This document shows positions 62,618 to 64,000 of a stretch of DNA of 64,000 nucleotides, one piece after another. Under the pieces are notes generated by a model that saw nothing but the letters and a program-made list of their open reading frames with translations, had not been told where the DNA came from and did not search any database. The DNA comes from Pseudomonadota bacterium. GTDB taxonomy: Bacteria; Pseudomonadota; Alphaproteobacteria; Rhodobacterales; Rhodobacteraceae. The position numbers and the translations under genes were made by a program. Each line of letters opens with the position of its first letter. Within the stretch, counting starts at the first letter, position 1. The stretch covers positions 45,013-109,012 of the forward strand of contig JBCBVM010000004.1 of NCBI GenBank assembly GCA_039817645.1. Direction: 5' to 3'.

Positions 62618-63666
62618 GCCTGCGGGACATCCTGATCAGCCGGATCAAAACCGCAGGCCCGCTGACCGTGGCCGACTACATGGCGGACTGTCTGCTGCAT
62701 CCCCGATATGGCTATTACACGACCCAAGACCCCTTTGGCGCCGCGGGTGATTTCATCACCGCGCCCGAGGTCAGCCAGATGTTCGGCGAACTTCTGGGCC
62801 TGTGCCTGGCCCAAACCTGGCTGGACCAAGGACGCCCGGCCCCGATCACCCTGGCAGAACTCGGACCCGGCCGGGGCACCCTCATGGCGGACGTGCTGCG
62901 CGCCACCAAGGGCGTGCCCGGCTTCCATGGGGCGGTGCAGATACACCTGGTGGAGGCGTCGCCCAAGCTGCGCGATCTGCAGCGTCAGACCCTTGACCGG
63001 CACAGCGTGACATGGTGCGACCACGTGGGCGATCTGCCCATGGCCCCGCTGCTGCTGCTGGCCAATGAGTTCTTGGACGCGCTGCCCATCCGACAGTTTG
63101 TGCGTGATGGGGGCGGCTGGCGTGAACGGGTCGTGGCCCTACACTCAGACGACCTTGCGTTTTCCCTGACGCCCGCGACCCCGCGGCCCGACTTGGCCCA
63201 TGTCTCTGTCCCCGATGGCACCATGGTGGAACGCTGCCCCGCCCTCCCCGCCATCATGGACCACATCGGCACCCGCGTGGCCTTGGGCGGCGCCGCGCTG
63301 ATTATCGACTACGGCCACTGGCGCAGCCAAGGCGACACGTTGCAAGCAGTCCGCGCGCACCGCTTCGACGACGTGCTGGCCGCCCCCGGCACGGCCGATC
63401 TGACCGCCCATGTGGATTTCGAGGCCGTGGCCCAAACCGCCGCCCCCGCCCGCGCCAGCGCCATGGTGACCCAAGGCGTTTTACTGGAACGGCTGGGTAT
63501 TGGCGCCCGTGCCCAAGCCTTGGGCAGCCGCCTGTCCGGATCCGCCCTGGACAGCCACTTGGCGGCCCATCGACGCTTGACCCACCCGTCGGAAATGGGC
63601 GACCTGTTCAAAGCCATTGCCCTCACCCCAGAGGGCGCCGACCTGCCGCCGGGATTTGATCCATGA
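62614..63666 (+). CDS. class I SAM-dependent methyltransferase (MidA/NDUFAF7-like, DUF185)
   Basis: ADYMADCLLHPRYGYYTTQDPFGAAGDFITAPEVSQMFGEL...LVEASP. ATGA overlap with the lgt stop. Confidence 0.75.
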   Translation: MSLRDILISRIKTAGPLTVADYMADCLLHPRYGYYTTQDPFGAAGDFITAPEVSQMFGELLGLCLAQTWLDQGRPAPITLAELGPGRGTLMADVLRATKGVPGFHGAVQIHLVEASPKLRDLQRQTLDRHSVTWCDHVGDLPMAPLLLLANEFLDALPIRQFVRDGGGWRERVVALHSDDLAFSLTPATPRPDLAHVSVPDGTMVERCPALPAIMDHIGTRVALGGAALIIDYGHWRSQGDTLQAVRAHRFDDVLAAPGTADLTAHVDFEAVAQTAAPARASAMVTQGVLLERLGIGARAQALGSRLSGSALDSHLAAHRRLTHPSEMGDLFKAIALTPEGADLPPGFDP

Positions 63667-64000
63667 CGCTGGAAATCCTCCGCTCCGACCTTCTTAATGG
63701 GGTACAGCACGGGTTCTTCACCCGCAAAGGCGGCGCCTCCTCCGGCATCTTCGAAGGGCTCAACTGCGGCACCGGCTCGACAGACCAGGCCGAGGCCGTG
63801 GCGCTTAACCGGTCCCGCGTGGCGGATGTCATGGGCGGCCCGCTGCACGGTGCGCATCAGGTCCATTCCGCCGATGTGGTGGTGGTCGATGGCCCCCTGG
63901 CCGACCCCCGCCCAAAAGCCGACGCCCTGGTGACGGACCGCCCGGGCCAGGTCCTGACGATCCTGACCGCCGACTGCCAGCCGGTCCTGTTCCACGACCC
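63663..64000 (+). CDS. pgeF: peptidoglycan editing factor PgeF (YfiH/DUF152), 5' part; runs off the window
   Basis: GFFTRKGGASSGIFEGLNCG...HQVHSADVVVV. ATGA overlap with the previous stop. Truncated by the window end. Confidence 0.75.
   Translation, partial: MTLEILRSDLLNGVQHGFFTRKGGASSGIFEGLNCGTGSTDQAEAVALNRSRVADVMGGPLHGAHQVHSADVVVVDGPLADPRPKADALVTDRPGQVLTILTADCQPVLFHD

Overview
This is a high-GC (about 65%) alphaproteobacterial, Rhodobacterales-like chromosomal segment. Most of the window is core housekeeping genes: gatC, gatA, aspS, carB, tdk, trpF, trpB, ihfB, rpsA, cmk, trmB, purK, purE, hsp20, a bifunctional sat/cysC, trxB, lrp, ppaC, ribF, lgt and pgeF. The remainder is an SDR oxidoreductase, an amidase, an acyl-CoA synthetase, an NADPH:quinone oxidoreductase, an XRE-family regulator (upstream of and divergent from that oxidoreductase), a LysR regulator and many DUF proteins.

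The most unusual stretch is about 28-37 kb. It runs: a BI-1/YccA-family membrane protein, a DUF2237 protein, a tail-anchored caspase-like (peptidase C14) protein with an unassigned N-terminal domain, a convergent TM-less SPFH/band-7 protein with a roughly 390-nt GC-rich leader, a degenerate AT-rich tRNA-Lys-like gene with an adjacent tRNA 3'-half remnant, a translationally coupled operon of a secreted protein, a GNAT acetyltransferase and an alpha/beta hydrolase, and an operon of two secreted poly-Asp/Glu-tailed proteins (one PepSY-like) with a membrane-anchored LuxR-type regulator. This stretch lies immediately after trpB, where trpA is normally expected in alphaproteobacteria (from memory; trpA is absent from the window).

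Other notable points: two tandem CbbY-like HAD paralogs have lost the DxD nucleophile motif. A MarR-like (EPS-associated) winged-helix domain reads in-frame into sat/cysC, with an AT-rich palindromic operator upstream. A DUF1800/DUF1501 Tat-secreted pair is present. A DUF2130 coiled-coil protein with a C-terminal PD-(D/E)xK-like (D...EVK) motif sits between cmk and rpsA. An RTX-repeat protein has no type I secretion genes nearby. A 560-bp gene-free convergent spacer follows ltaE. There are several ATGA stop/start overlaps.

No CRISPR arrays, transposases or integrases were seen. ORF-derived coordinates are exact, computed from the ORF track and methionine position; hand-read coordinates (tRNA, terminators, palindromes) may be off by 1-2 nt. 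Many long antisense ORFs in the track are GC-frame artefacts.
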